In this document: positions 49,240-62,365 of the stretch, one piece after another
How the letters are laid out: each line of letters starts with the position of its first letter
How positions within the stretch are numbered: position 1 is the first letter of the stretch
NCBI GenBank assembly: GCA_964252035.1
Contig: OZ176201.1
Strand: one strand, 5' to 3'
Source of the DNA: Podarcis erhardii
Taxonomy: Eukaryota
Length of the DNA: 64,000 bases
Position numbers and translations under genes: made by a program
The notes under the pieces: generated by a model
The model's input: the letters and a program-made list of their open reading frames with translations, nothing else
Told to the model about the DNA's origin: nothing
Database searches by the model: none

Positions 49240-50250
49240 TGCAGACTACATTTCCTCGAGTAACTGTCGTATTTTTCTGTGTCACTCCCCCAAATACATT
49301 TGTAGAGTCAGGTTTGAAGATGCCACCATCTCCTGCATTAGGACAAATGCTACAGCGTGGAGCGATTGTGACACCCACCCACCCTTGCTGTATGAGGTCA
49401 TTGCATACGCCTCATCCCCGCCCCGGCGCTATCAATGCCTCTCCCTCCAGCGCGCATGCGCAAGCACTTCTTCGCGAGGCTGCTTTCGCCATCTTTGCGA
49501 AGGGCGCCATCCTCCAGCGAAAACAGCCTCAGGTTACGAGCCCGTCGAGGGGGTTTGCCATAAGCTCTCGCGGTTACAAGTAAAAGCCTGTCCTCACAAC
49601 CCGCATCCAAGATGGCGCCGCTCGTGCCACCGGCTGGAGGCGGTACCTAAAATGGCGGCGGCGGCGGCGCATGCGCGTTAGCGAAGGGTTGTCAGAGCGG
49701 GGCCTGGCCGTTCCCCCATTGTGTGCCTGCTGCGGAGAGGAAGCTCGAGGGCTTTTCGCTGCTGCTGCTGCTGCTGCTGCCGCCGCCGCCTCGGTGCTGC
49801 TAGGGATGGAAACGGAGCCTCTGGAAGGAGACGGCGGCGGCCATGAGGGGCCTAAGACGACTTCGGCCACGGCCCCCGCACTCACGGCCTCTCAGCGCCG
49901 GGCCGAGATTCGCCGGAGGAAACTGCTGATGAACTCGGAGGATCGGATCAACCGGATCATGGGCTTCCACCGGCCAAAGGCGGGTGAGGACGGGGCGTGG
50001 CTTTGGGGGGGGCGGTTTTTGACTGCGCTGGGCATCCCCTGCCTTGCCAGGGCGCTTATGAATGACCTCCTTCCTTCCTTGCCGGGGGTGGGAGCTCAAC
50101 ACGCGCCCCTCTTTCCCCGTCAAGTCCTTCCCGAACAATGGGATAACATAGTCCGTATATTAACGAGCTAATCTGATCGCTCAAAATGACGCTGCCCCTC
50201 CTCCCCGAGCGATATATCGCATTCGTCTTATTTGAGGTGCTCCCCCCCCC
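49240..50250 (+). promoter_or_regulatory. CAMLG: CAMLG CpG-island promoter
   Basis: NRF1-type GCGCATGCGC at 49452-61 and 49667-76; YY1-type CGCCATCTT 49487-95, CAAGATGGCG 49608-17 and AAAATGGCGG 49649-58; GACTACATTTCC 49244-55. Confidence 0.8.
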
Positions 50251-53200
50251 TCCTTTTCAGTAAAGGTGCTTTGTTTGAAGATAAATCAAGTTCTTTCATG
50301 CTATCCAAGGATGTCTGTTTCAGCATTGAAAATGGTCACACCTGCCTCTACGTCCTTTGGGAAGAACGGATCATGCACAATTTATAAATTACAGTGTGTT
50401 TCGTTCAGGATTTGTGTTCCCATTTGCAATGGAGAAAGCTGAACGCTCTTATATTTGAGGGGAAAGTGCCAACAAACCATGCTGAATTATTTCAATACTT
50501 ATTACTGAATGAAATCAACAATTTTTTTCATAGTTCTATTCTCTGAATCATTTTTATCTCACCTGTTGCTTATTTATTCACTCAATTTATTAGTTTTTTT
50601 GGATGACATATGGGTTTAAAACAGCTATTACCACCAAGAAGCCCTGGGTGGGTGTATCCTTGCAATAAGCTTGAAGGTCTGACTGCGCAAAAGCTTTATG
50701 TGAGAGAACTTCGAGAGTACAGGAATTTGAATCTACTCCTTTAACCCTCAGCAGTATAACACGCTGACTGGTCTCTCTCCTATTATTTATCATTTAGATA
50801 ATGTTTCCAGTTCACAGTATAACTTGTAACACTTGTTTGCCTTGTGTTGCCATTTTTAAATTTGGAACTGAGACCAAGATGATTTGCCTACTGCTTGCAT
50901 AATAAATCTTTGTCATGTTCCTTGATTTCCTATTGAATATGTAGATAGTTTTATTAATGTGCTGTGCTTCTGGCTGCATTTAAAAGCAGAGAATGTAACT
51001 TAACACTTAGGTGGGGAAGCTGTACAGTAGCTCCTGCTTTTAGTACTTTTTGGTCAAGAAGAGGAGGAAGAGAGTTGTGGAAATCATTAGAGCTTGCAGG
51101 TGTTTACGTGCTTTGATTCTTTCTGGGTCCTTCCAGTACTCTCTAATATTTTCAGAGCTGAGATTCCATAGTATGTATTGGTGCCATGCTCATCCTTCTA
51201 GTGTGTTTGAAATATTGGAGATTGAAATTGTTTCTTTTTAGTTTAAGGGTGCTAGTAATCCTCTGAAGAAAGATGACAACTTGAAGCACTTAAGAGTCCC
51301 TGAACCAGGTGTTGCTAAAGATTTTTTGTCCCATGGGTCACATTCAGTATTGGCCAAACCTCTAGAGGCTACAGGTCAGCACTGGGTGTGGGCACCCCAT
51401 ACCCTCACTCATGCACACTTGCATGTGTGTACTTTGCCCTCAGCTGATTTGTGGAGATTAGCTGAGGATCATCAAAGTACAGTGGTGCCCCGCAAGACGA
51501 ATGCCCCGCAAGACGAAAAACCCGCTAGATGAAAGGGTTTTCCGTTTTTCGAGGTGCTTCGCAAGACGAATTTCCCTATGGGCTTGCTTCGCAAGACGAA
51601 AACGTCTTGCGAGTCTTGCACTTTTTTCCGCTTTTTTCTCCCTTTTTCTAAGCCGCTAATAGCCGCTAATAGCGCTAATCCGCTAAGCCGCTAATAGGGT
51701 TGCTTCGCAAGACGAAAAAACCTCGCGGAACGGATTCTTTTCGTCTTGTGAGGCACCACTGTATTGGTCTGAAGGCCAGGGAGAGGGTGATTTTCATCCC
51801 CATCAGGTTTACAGCTTTCTATCATTGCAGCACCATTACCAGTACTTTTTTTCTAGAAAAAGAGTTGCAGGAACACCCAAAGCTGGCCTGGGTGGCAGCC
51901 ACCCCTGTGCTAAATAAGGGTTTAGCACTGCTTCTTCCCCACAAACATGCCCTCCTTCCTTCTCTTCTTCCTGGCCAACACTAAGGGGAACAGATGCTTC
52001 ATTTTAGATTAACCAGTTTAGTTTGTTGTCCAAACCCTGAACTATGGCTAATCTTAACTATGGTTAACTATCTTAACACAGTTTGACTGAGCTTAGATGA
52101 CATGAGAAGCTGTGACTAATAAAAAATGGAAAGCTCTGGGAGAGGTTGGGTGAAAGCATGTGAGCCTGGGAGAAAGATAGACTTGCTTTCGCAACGCTAA
52201 ACTGTGGGTTAGTGTTCTGTCCAAACTAACCCATTATGGTCAGCTTTCTCCTTGGCAGGCTTTGTGACTTTTCATATGTGTGCTATAAAGCAGTTTTGGA
52301 AAGCCTGTAGAATGGTGTTTTTAATTATTCTGTCACAGTTCTTGGAAAAAATAGGCATGAAATGTTTATACATTTAAAAGATTAAAGATCGCATTTCTGG
52401 TTTGTACTTTTGTTCTTTCTAGTTTGTAGTCACAAATCCTTCTTGGTATGACTTGTTTCTCTCCAAACCACTGTTATATGCAAAATGAGTTATTTAAAGA
52501 GCTTTGGCAAAAAGTCTCTCTGCAATCAATCTATTTGACTCAGGAAAAAAATATGTGTGGAAAATTTATTATTTGGTTATTTGGCCTCGATAAACTACTG
52601 TAATTGGAATGGAACCAGAGGAAAGCACATGGAATGGAGTTGGTAGAAGTAACCACTCTAGCTTCATGAAAATCTGCTCTTGAGGATTAGGGAATACTTT
52701 TGGTTGGAGTGGGCTGTAGTGCAGGGGGATGAAGGTGGGAGAGGGGATCCCCCCAAATTAGGTGGAGACATGAGCTCTGATTGTGAAAGTTGGCTTCTAT
52801 CTGACTTTTTAAAAAATTCTCCTGCTGTCCACATAGTATGAAAATTAAACCAGCAATAAAACGCAAGCAGTGCAATCCTTTTTAAAATTACCACTGAACA
52901 CCTAGTCCTTGTGTTTCTTTCAAAAGCCAGCAAGTAACCTGTCCTGTGTCCTTTTGAAGTGAGCTGTTTTGTAGGCTGAGGTCTGCAAGGGAAAGGGCAC
53001 CAACTCTTAGTATCTTTTTGAAATGGTATTATGCTTCATTTTTATTTAGTTAATAAAATTATGCCCTTCCCCTTTGCCCTATGACTCTCCAGGACAGGTT
53101 ACTGCAATAAAACACATAAAGCAACCAGTACTTCAAACTCATAAAACAATCAGTATAAATAACTAAAGCCTTGGCTATCTGTTAGTGTATCACTGCACAG

Positions 53201-56200
53201 ACCACTTCCTTAATGCGCAAAGACATGAAAGAAACAGCAGGTATTTAGCTGGGGCAGGAAGGAGGAGTGTTATTAGGCTCAATGTGAAAAGTATATGCCA
53301 TTCTTGTTTGACCCCTGTTTTCCTTACAGTGCTTAGTTCCACAGCTGCATGGCCTAGGACCTTAGTCTGTAGGAATCCACTATCAGTTTATGACCTGATC
53401 TCAGATGGTCACAACAGCAGCCCTACCGCTGTACAAATATATGGTTAAAAAAAAAAAAGAATAAAATGTTCCACAGATGCATGTTTTGGTTTAAAGTGGG
53501 TCCCAGGTTTGAAAACATGGAAGACTACTAGCCTAGGTCTTGTAGAGTAACCTACAATATTTAGCATAGTGACTCCTTTCTTTTTTGCCTCCTCTTTAGA
53601 TGATGACAGCCATTCAGAATCAAAACTTCAGCTGGAACAAGATAAACCAAGCACTCTTCCCACTCCGGTTTCCAAACGGGTTGTGCTAGGTGACACTGTT
53701 TGCAGTTTGGCAGGAACAGCCGACCACGCAAGCAGTGCAATAGAGCACAAGGGAGAGAAAAAGGACTTGTTTAGCATAACTCCCGAGGTTGGAAATAATG
53801 GCACTGGCGAGCTCCGACAGCGCAGCAGAGGGGATCTGATGGAGGTTCCGCAGAGAGCACCTCGCCACGGGTTAGACCAGTATCTCTCGAGGTTTGATGA
53901 AGCGATGAAGCTAAGAAACCAACTTATCAGTGAGAAGCCAAGCCAGGAAAATGGAAATGTGGTGGAGGAATTTGATTCCTTCCGCATTTTTAGATTAGTG
54001 GGGTGTGCGCTACTTGCTATTGGAGTTAGAGCTTTTGTCTGCAAATACTTGGTGAGTAAAGAAAAGTCTTAGTAACTTAGTTCTTCTTGTTTATTTGACC
54101 TGGTTGCCTTACTGATTAGCCCAGAAAGTTTGACAGTGGAATTTGCATTTGACAGATAAGGAATTTATGCGGAGAAAAGTAACAACTTTCCCTAGGCCCA
54201 CCCATCAAGTTCATAGCTGAGTAGAGATTTGGATTTAGGCCCAAATCCATAATTCTATCCGCTCTTCAACAGTGGCTTGTCCTAAGTAGTGATGATTGAG
54301 CAATGATTATTTTAAGACACATGGTGTTTGGCAAGAGGATCAGAACCACAAGAAATTGTAAGCCCTGGCCTAGCAAAAGCATCAAGAAATTACTGTACTT
54401 TGGTGCTCTTCTGTATTGACAATAATTAAGCTATGGGTAGTCCTGGAAGCCCAGGACTGCCAGCAGTGTTGTTTGCTTTTCAGGCTGTGCCAAGTGCTGT
54501 TCCAGTCTATGCAAATGGTGCTAAAACACAGCTGACAATTTACTAGCTAGTGTTAACATTTAATAGTGGAACAAACGTGGCCTTATGCATGAAGCTTAAC
54601 TACAAAATATGCCTAGGTTTCACCTTGTCTTAATCCTGTTGTGAGCTAATCACATGAAGCAGCCTCTCCAAAGCAATTGGGCTAAAGTTTTCTTGCCATC
54701 AGAACCCTTAAGGAAGATGTAACCATCTAATTTTAGGACTGAGGTCAAGTTGGCAAGATATGGACACAAATTCCTAGACATCAAAAATGAAGAAGACTGC
54801 TATCTTAAATTACTTAATCATTTGTCAAAAATCATACAAAACTATCAAAACCATTTCGAGATTCCCAGGCTCGTTTTTATGGGAACTGGATAATCAAGCA
54901 GAAAAGCATTTCCTAACTATATAAAGTGCAGTGCCTAATCATTGCTACTATCAAGTTGCTTTAAATTATTCAAAAGTAAATTTGAATGTTATTGTTTAAT
55001 TATGTGCAAGGTTGATTATTGACTGAATGATTCTTCTGAAAGTTTTCCTTGGGGACTTTTTGAATGGACACGTTCCTAGACATTACTATAGCACTCTAAC
55101 CCTATTAGTCTGTACCATTACGTTAAATATTTGTTAGTGACTTCTCTGGATTTTCCTTAAATATAAATTCAGTCTGTTTTGACAGTGGTGCTTTGAAATT
55201 TGGTTCTCTTCTCTATATTTTCTAATCAATTGGCTGAAACACTTCATAGACTATTTCCTTGAAATAATGTAGCAATGTGAATTTCTCGTTACTACTTTCT
55301 GTTTCATTTAACTTTTTTGTTTTTTCCCCCCACAGTCAATATTTGCTCCATTTCTTACCTTACAGCTTGCATACATGGGGTTGTCGAAGTATTTCCCAAA
55401 GGTAAGACCTTTTTTTTAGGATAAATGGATTATCAATATGTCTAAACTTAAAAAAAGATTTGACAGAGAAAGCACCGTGTTAGAATTTTCTTAGCTTTTA
55501 TGCAGCATAGCAGATAATGACAATACAATGCTAATTTAGGTTGATCAGCAATTGTTTGCATTTTGTGTATGTACATTTTGAATACTTGAGAGTAGTCAGC
55601 TACAGAGGCAAGAGGCAGTACTGAGGATCTTCATGGGTGTAAGTTACATTCAAATTTAGAATACCTTCTGAGTAAACGTGTTTTGGACTGCACTCTAAGG
55701 TTGTGATTCTAGGCACGCTTACCTGGGAGCCACTCTCTGAACTCCATGTAGCTTACTTCTGAATAGGAAAATACAGGAATGCCCTGTAAGATGAGCTAAT
55801 CGGTTGATCTTGCCCTTCCTGGAAGTCACCATTCATAAGCTTGGTGGCATCATTGTTGTAAAGTAGCCTTTATCAGACTTCAGTCCCAGGGTTCCAAACT
55901 CCCATTCTTCTAGGTGCATATTGCGACAGGGAATTTCATTAGCACGAGCAGTTTTCTGAGCTCTGGGCGCAATACTGCGCCTAAGATTTCGATTAAAACT
56001 GCAGAGTGGAAGGAAAGGAGGACCTTTTTCTGCCTCCCCACTTCCAGCTACTCTCTGAAGACTAGAGAAAAGACCCTCTTAAGAATATTAGGGGGATGGG
56101 CAGAGGAAGGACTAGACCATGTGATAAATGAACATAATATTTGTATTCTTGTTATAAAAAAGCATGCCTAGACATTCCGTTGTTGTGCCCATAACATAGA

Positions 56201-57798
56201 TTTAAGGTGCCACTTAGCTCCTAGCTTTCATATCCCAGTTTCTAACACTGACCAGGCCACATATTGTGGCAGATTTCTCAGAGGCTTTTTGTAGCATAGG
56301 CCATGTATTTTCATCTTGAGATTTTCTTATGGCATTGACAATAATATTTATGTGATAGACTGATCATCTGAATTCTAAGTGGGTAGAAAATTCCCCTTGA
56401 TTGAATAGGTCTCATTCCTGTTGGTGTATGTAGGATTGCAGCTGGATGTAAAAGAGCACAATGTTTACTTGAGCGTTATCTCTCCCCCACCATGTTTTGC
56501 GACTGTGAATCCAGTGAACTAATCACTTTTCTGCAGATTACTTTTGAATAACTTTTGTGGGAGATGTTGGCCTTCTTGATGTATATCAGGGGCAGGGAAC
56601 CCTTTTCAGCCTGAGCGCCACATTCCTGTGTTGGCAGCCTTCCAGATGCCAAAAGTGGGCAGAGAAACAGACATGGTATGTACCTTTGTACGGAAGGTGA
56701 CATTCCAGCCACACACAACAGCCAGATGTTTCTAATTACACACACCTCTCTCCATCTTCCATCCAGGCAAGCAAGGTGCATCATTGCAGTCCAAGGACAC
56801 ATTCTAGCTAGGCAGAAGCTCTTGAGAGATCAGGACTCATGAGGGCTGAATTTAAAAGCCTTGCAGGAGGCTGCATTTGAGACCCTGGGCATGAGGTTTC
56901 TGCCCCCTTTGCTTTACATTTTTGCCCAGGGATTGATGCACAGCCTCATGTCGTCTTCTCACCTTTTAGTGTATTGATCAAATATCTGACTTTTCTTTCA
57001 AACTGGTGACATTTTCAGCTAACCTTCCTTTGCTGTCATCATTGTTTTTGTGAGAGTTGTATTGAGTGAAACATGAGAATTACCAAATGTGGGTGACAAA
57101 GGACTTATTAAGTAACAATTAGTGGACAAAAATCCCTTTTAGTATAGGCAACTGGCAAGCGAATGTAATGGAACTTTGAAGAAAGGAACCATTTCCAGTG
57201 TGATAACACCGTTTCCAGGTCCCAAAGTCATTACTTCATCACTGTAGCCTCTGCCCTTGCCTGATGAATGTAAGAGAATAGCACCACCTGCTATTTGTGA
57301 ACAGAAAGAGCTCATCATAATAGAAACAAGCAACCAAGATTACAGGAAAATACCTTTGAGAGGCATTTTTAAATGCACTTTGAGAAGTGTATGGTAAAAT
57401 ATTAGGTAACCTTATGAAATGTATTATTATTATTATTATTAATTGAATTTATATACCTCCCTATACCCTGGGGTCTCAGGGCAGTTCACAGAATAAAATC
57501 AAGATATAAAACCACAAAATGCCTAATAAAAATAAAAATTAATGTATTAAAGCTCTGATAAGGTGCTTAAAGATGAAAGCTGTGAAAAAGGAAGTAATTT
57601 TTATTTCTTATACAGAGTGAAAAGAAAACGAAGACCACGGTATTGACTGCTGCTCTTTTACTGTCTGGGATCCCTGCAGAAGTGATTAGTCGTTCCATGG
57701 ACACTTACAGCAAAATGGGGGATGTTTTTACAGACCTTTGTGTCTATTTCTTTACTTTCATCTTCTGCCATGAACTGCTTGTGTTTTTTGGTTCCTGA
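49806..57798 (+). CDS. CAMLG: Guided entry of tail-anchored proteins factor CAMLG (CAML, GET2), 4 exons, 292 aa
   Basis: Exons 49806-49983, 53600-54051, 55336-55401, 57616-57798 (879 nt, GT-AG, phases 1/0/0). Motifs [65 protein letters not shown] and [18 protein letters not shown]. Confidence 0.96.
51480..51761. mobile_element. Tc1/mariner (Tigger-like) MITE with internal repeats
   Basis: TA|CAGTGGTGCCCCGCAAGACGAA...TTCGTCTTGTGAGGCACCACTG|TA; CpGs largely intact. Confidence 0.9.
53040..53300 (-). mobile_element. L2-type LINE 3' remnant
   Basis: TTTTA tail, then an A-rich tract and AAAGCCTTGGC as in related remnants; ends approximate. Confidence 0.4.
56587..56908. mobile_element. Decayed hAT non-autonomous element
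   Basis: CAGGGGCAGGGAACC...GAGGTTTCTGCCCCCT degenerate TIRs; TSD degraded. Confidence 0.6.
57422..57545 (-). mobile_element. L2-type LINE 3' tail just upstream of CAMLG exon 4
   Basis: (TAT)n then TTTATATACCTCCC...CTCAGGGCAGTTCACA and an A-rich tract, homologous to 39181-39321. Confidence 0.6.
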
Positions 57799-60700
57799 AG
57801 TGCCATGATAGCTGTGGAACCTGGTGTAATACTTCAGCTGGACTGCGTCACTCTTGATTTCATACATGCCTCTGGATATATAAACAGTGTTAACCCTATA
57901 TCCAATACTTGGTTCGGTGCAGCTTAAACATACTTTGATAGGGAAGAGCTTTGAAGTCCCGGCTTTGAAGCTGAATTGGTAGATTTTGAGTACAGTGCAG
58001 AGTGATCTCAGATATGGATGGTCAAATGCAAATATTGGTCAATGGTCCAATGACACACTTTTCTGTAAAACTGAAATGTGTCCTTTCTGTCCACCACCCC
58101 AATTAAAAGGAATCACCCTGAAACTGTAACCTTTCCCTTTGGCTCTATGATTTGAGAGCACAGTGCAGCTGAGGTCTCCTACTTGAATAGAATTATGTTA
58201 GTCTTTATGGGTGAATCCAAGGATTCCATGAGCAAAACTCAACTCATCAGACGCTCCTGCTGGAGGAAAGTTGGGGGAGGTGATTTTTGTGTTCCTCCTA
58301 TACCAGAGGGCTGGGGATTCTCCAGAACTTGCGGGGGTGGCACAGGAGGAAATGGAGATCAGAAAAATTGTTACCCTCTCCCTTTTCCCAGCAGGAGTCT
58401 CTGATGGGTCTCTGTTTTTCCTCCAAATGGAACTTTCTGTTCATGGAAGGAATGCTCTGAATACAAGCTTATCATAGGAATATCCTATTTTATTAGCTTA
58501 TATCCCTCAATTCATGCATTTTAGCAGTCAGGATAGTCTTACCAAAATATGGTCAGCGCCAAGATTGATTCTACAATAGAATTAGGCTGGATATAATCAT
58601 CATTTTATGTCTTCCTTAAATGGGGTAGTATTCTCTTTGTTTTCTTGTAGTTAGCGAGGTTTGATTTTAGGATGTGAATGCAAGAGCTAAGACGAAGCAG
58701 TGAAATTCAACTTTATGTGTTCCCATTAAGCATTCACTGGGTGATATCAAACATTAATCATACTCAAAGTAGACTCATTAAAATCAGTGAATTTTAGTCC
58801 TTCATTTCAGTTAGCCTACTCTTGAGTTTGACTTCCATTGGATATTGCCTGTTATCTTTTTTTTACCTGACTAGGAATCTTAATTACTTGTGTTTACATG
58901 ATCTAATGCAATATACAGCATTAGTGCAGATTTAAAAGCTGCTCTCTTGAGTAACTATACTTTCGTACCTAAAAATGTCACAAGTTTTGCTCATTCCTCT
59001 GACTTGACAAGTGCTTTTTTTTTTGTTCATTGTAGTGTAAACTAACACAGGTTTCTGCTTCCTATTTCCTATATCTTCCATTGCAAGAATATTGCATGTG
59101 GAGTCCAGCCTCTTCTGTCTGGACATTCAAGGGATCATTACATTTATCAGTAGCAGGGGGGAAATGTGACTTGTAAGAGTACAGACCAGATTTTAACCAT
59201 AATTTTAATCAAATTATTAGTTTGTACAGTTGCTTACATGTTCATTTCACATGGGAATGCTGACTCACAAGTAAGTTTTTATAACCCATCTGAAACAGAT
59301 ACTTCAAGCGTCTTCCATCGAAACCATTAGGGCAATTCTAGGTAAATGCTCTTGATTGGTTCATTTCCGAAAGATTCCGTTCTATTGGTCAGTACCATAA
59401 AACAAGTCTTTACTTGGTTTTAGCTGGTGGTCCTTCATATTTATTTATTTATTTAGAGTTAAGTTCCTTCAGTAAATCACAGTTGTTGTTTACCATTAAA
59501 AACAGATTTTATTACTAAAAAATAAATACAAATAAATTAAGAACCCTATAATATTTAAAGGCTGGTTCAGAGGAAGCCCAGATTAACAGAGCATGCACAC
59601 CCAACCTTCCTTTCGCCCTCCCCATCTTTCTCTGCTCTGCTTCAGTGCTGTGTGCAATGTTTGCCATCCCTGGTTCACTTCTGAACCTGCCACCCTGACA
59701 AGTAATTGGCACCAGGCTTAGGTATTCAGTGAGAAATTAGGCTGGGAGAAATTATGTAATAGTTCCCTTTATGCTGAAGGATGAGTGGATATTTGCCTGG
59801 GACCTTAAGAATTAATGGGAATAAATGTTCTGGAGGTACAGTGGCCATCGTAAACGATAGGTGTTACCCATGTAGTTGTGATCCCCTAAGTTACTGAAAT
59901 CATTCTGTGATTATAGAGGCGAATGTCGCTTCTCTTTTTAGAGGCGGTCACTTTTTTGTTTTTGTTTTGGATAATCAAAAGAAGCTGTTTTCCTTATTTT
60001 GCTTCTTTCCTCCGTTATAGTTTTAATACTGCATTCATTGACCCAAGTTTCATTGTTCTAATTGTATCTGTTACATGAAGAAAAGAGTTTTTAGAGTAAA
60101 TATAGATGCACTGGAGACATCTGTGCACTTGGATTGAGGTGTTTGCCGTGGCAGTTCCCCGCGCTGAAGACATGATTCTGCTCAGTTTAAAAAACCAACT
60201 TTACTCTTTAGTAGTAGGAACTGTTGTGGCAAAAACAGCAAGCAAAGCCCTGTTTGTATCTGAGTTTTTTCCTGGGCATGTATTTCTTTCCTCTCTAGAA
60301 TCGGGCCATGATATATTCTGTTGTGTTCAGTAGACTTTGCACTACGATAAACTCTCAGCATCTAATTGTATATGTTAAGGTCTGACTATATCTCTGTCGA
60401 CATGTTGAAAGGTTCTATTTGAAGCTAATGGATGTAATACAAAAGATTCAGAACAATTGCTTTGCAGGTGAGGGCTGAAATTGAGCTGGCATTAATAATT
60501 CTATCTGTAAGGAGTGACTGTTGCAGAAATACTGTATCTGTGTCACACCTTCAAAATGCTTTGAAGTTTTCATCATTCCCAACTAATAGTTTCAGAAAGC
60601 TGATAGACTTAACCATTAAAACAGCTTTCAGCTGGTGTTTCTGAATTTCTTTAATTCATATTTGCCAAGCTGGACTTTTCAACAGTGACAAATCAGTATC

Positions 60701-61719
60701 AAGTCTAAAATTTAATGGGTAGAACATAGAATTTTCCCATATTGCCCACTTCCGCTATGAAAAGTGATGTATAGGGTGGGATAGCAGGTGAATAGTAAAA
60801 AGGTGTTTTGTATGTGGTTCCTTTTGCAAAAACCTCATTTTGCAAAATCTAATAAACCTCATGTGGTCATGTATGTCCTCTGGTGTAATTATTTCTAGAC
60901 TGCTTCTATGAAGTCTGTTAACCATTTATTTGTTGGCATGCCTTTGTAATTCATTTTTAAAGACTACTTGGGTTGTCAAGTGTTTTACTAATATATTTCC
61001 AATGTTATTTTCATTTCCAACTATAGAATATATGTTCATGTAACTTATGGACAAGCAAGATTTAGAAAGTAAAGAATTAAACACTGCAGTTGAATCTGTT
61101 TACACACCACAATAGCAACCTGCCACCTGCCACTTGAACAAGGACAATAATGTGTAGAAAGAGCAGGATGGGAGTTATGCTGAACAGCATTGCATGTCAC
61201 CCTTCTAGAAAAATTAACACAGAAACTAATGAGAGAATTAAAGAAATGTCATATTTCTATTTACAATTGTGAAAAATGTAAACTGTGGTACTGTACTATG
61301 CAATTCCATCCTGAAAGAACATCTGGAGAACTACGGAACACTGTGTTTGGACATCTGTAAAAAAGGAAGATTATTTCACCCTTTGTCATACTAAGAAACT
61401 GAGCATGCTTCTCTGCAGATCCTGCTCCCGTCTCACCCACCCAGTTCCATCACGACCACGAAGTAGCTTTTTACTGTAGGCTATACCAATGCACTACTAC
61501 TAGGTCAACAGTTGTCCAGTCTCCTCTCCTGGTGGTTAGTTTTATTTATTTATATCTACATCGTTAGTCACATGGTGTACTGGAGCATGTTAGCATATTT
61601 GTAAGATGCTTAGGCAGTGACTATGTTAAAAAAGTATATATACACACGAATTAAAGCAGATTGATAGTGTAGCATATATCCGCATTTAAAGTCATTGAAA
61701 GCAGCATGAAGTAGCAATA

Positions 61720-62077
61720 GTAAAGGTAAAGGTAAAGGTACCCAGTCGTGTCCGACTCTAGGGTTGTGCGCCCATCTCACTCAAGAGGCCAGGAGCCAGC
61801 GCTGTCCGGAGACACTTCCGGGTCACGTGGCCAGCGTGACGAAGCTGCTCTGGCGAGCCAGCACCAGCGCAGCACATGGAAACGCCGTTTACCTTCCCGC
61901 TATAAAGCGGTACCTATTTATCTACTTGCACTTAAGAGTGCTTTCGAACTGCTAGGTGGGCAGGAGCTGGGACCGAAAGACGGGAGCTCACCCAGCCGCG
62001 GGGATTCGAACCGCCGACCATACGATTGGCAAGCCCTAGGCACTGAGGTTTTACCCACAGCGCCACCCACGTCCCCC
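61720..62077 (-). mobile_element. Sauria SINE, distinct subfamily
   Basis: 11-bp TSD AAGTAGCAATA (61709-19, 62078-88); longer (ACCTTT)n tail and diagnostic differences from the intronic copies. Confidence 0.93.
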
Positions 62078-62249
62078 AAGTAGCAATAATTCCATACAAT
62101 TAAAGAACTTGCTATCCCAGGTCTCCTTATCCCATGATTCTGCTCACTGTAATACTGTTGCACACACCTCAATTCAGTTTCCTTGCAGTGAAGGTCACGA
62201 TTCACTGGTGATTTTATGATTTAGTATAACAAAATAACAACAACAAAAA

Positions 62250-62365
62250 ATTATTATTATATACTGTAAATCCCTCCGACTTGGCTGGGTTTCCCCAGCC
62301 ACTCTGGGCGGCTCCTAAGAGAATCAAAAGCACAATAAAACATCAAACATTAAAAACTTCACTAA
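62250..62365 (-). mobile_element. L2-type LINE 3' remnant
   Basis: (TAT)n...CCCCAGCCACTCTGGGCGGCT followed by an A-rich tract; ends approximate. Confidence 0.5.

Noticed and set aside
49157-49681. 174-aa ORF upstream of CAMLG
   Set aside because: It runs through promoter motifs, starts at a non-ATG codon and has no homology cues.
53628-54044. 138-aa minus-strand ORF
   Set aside because: Antisense shadow of CAMLG exon 2.
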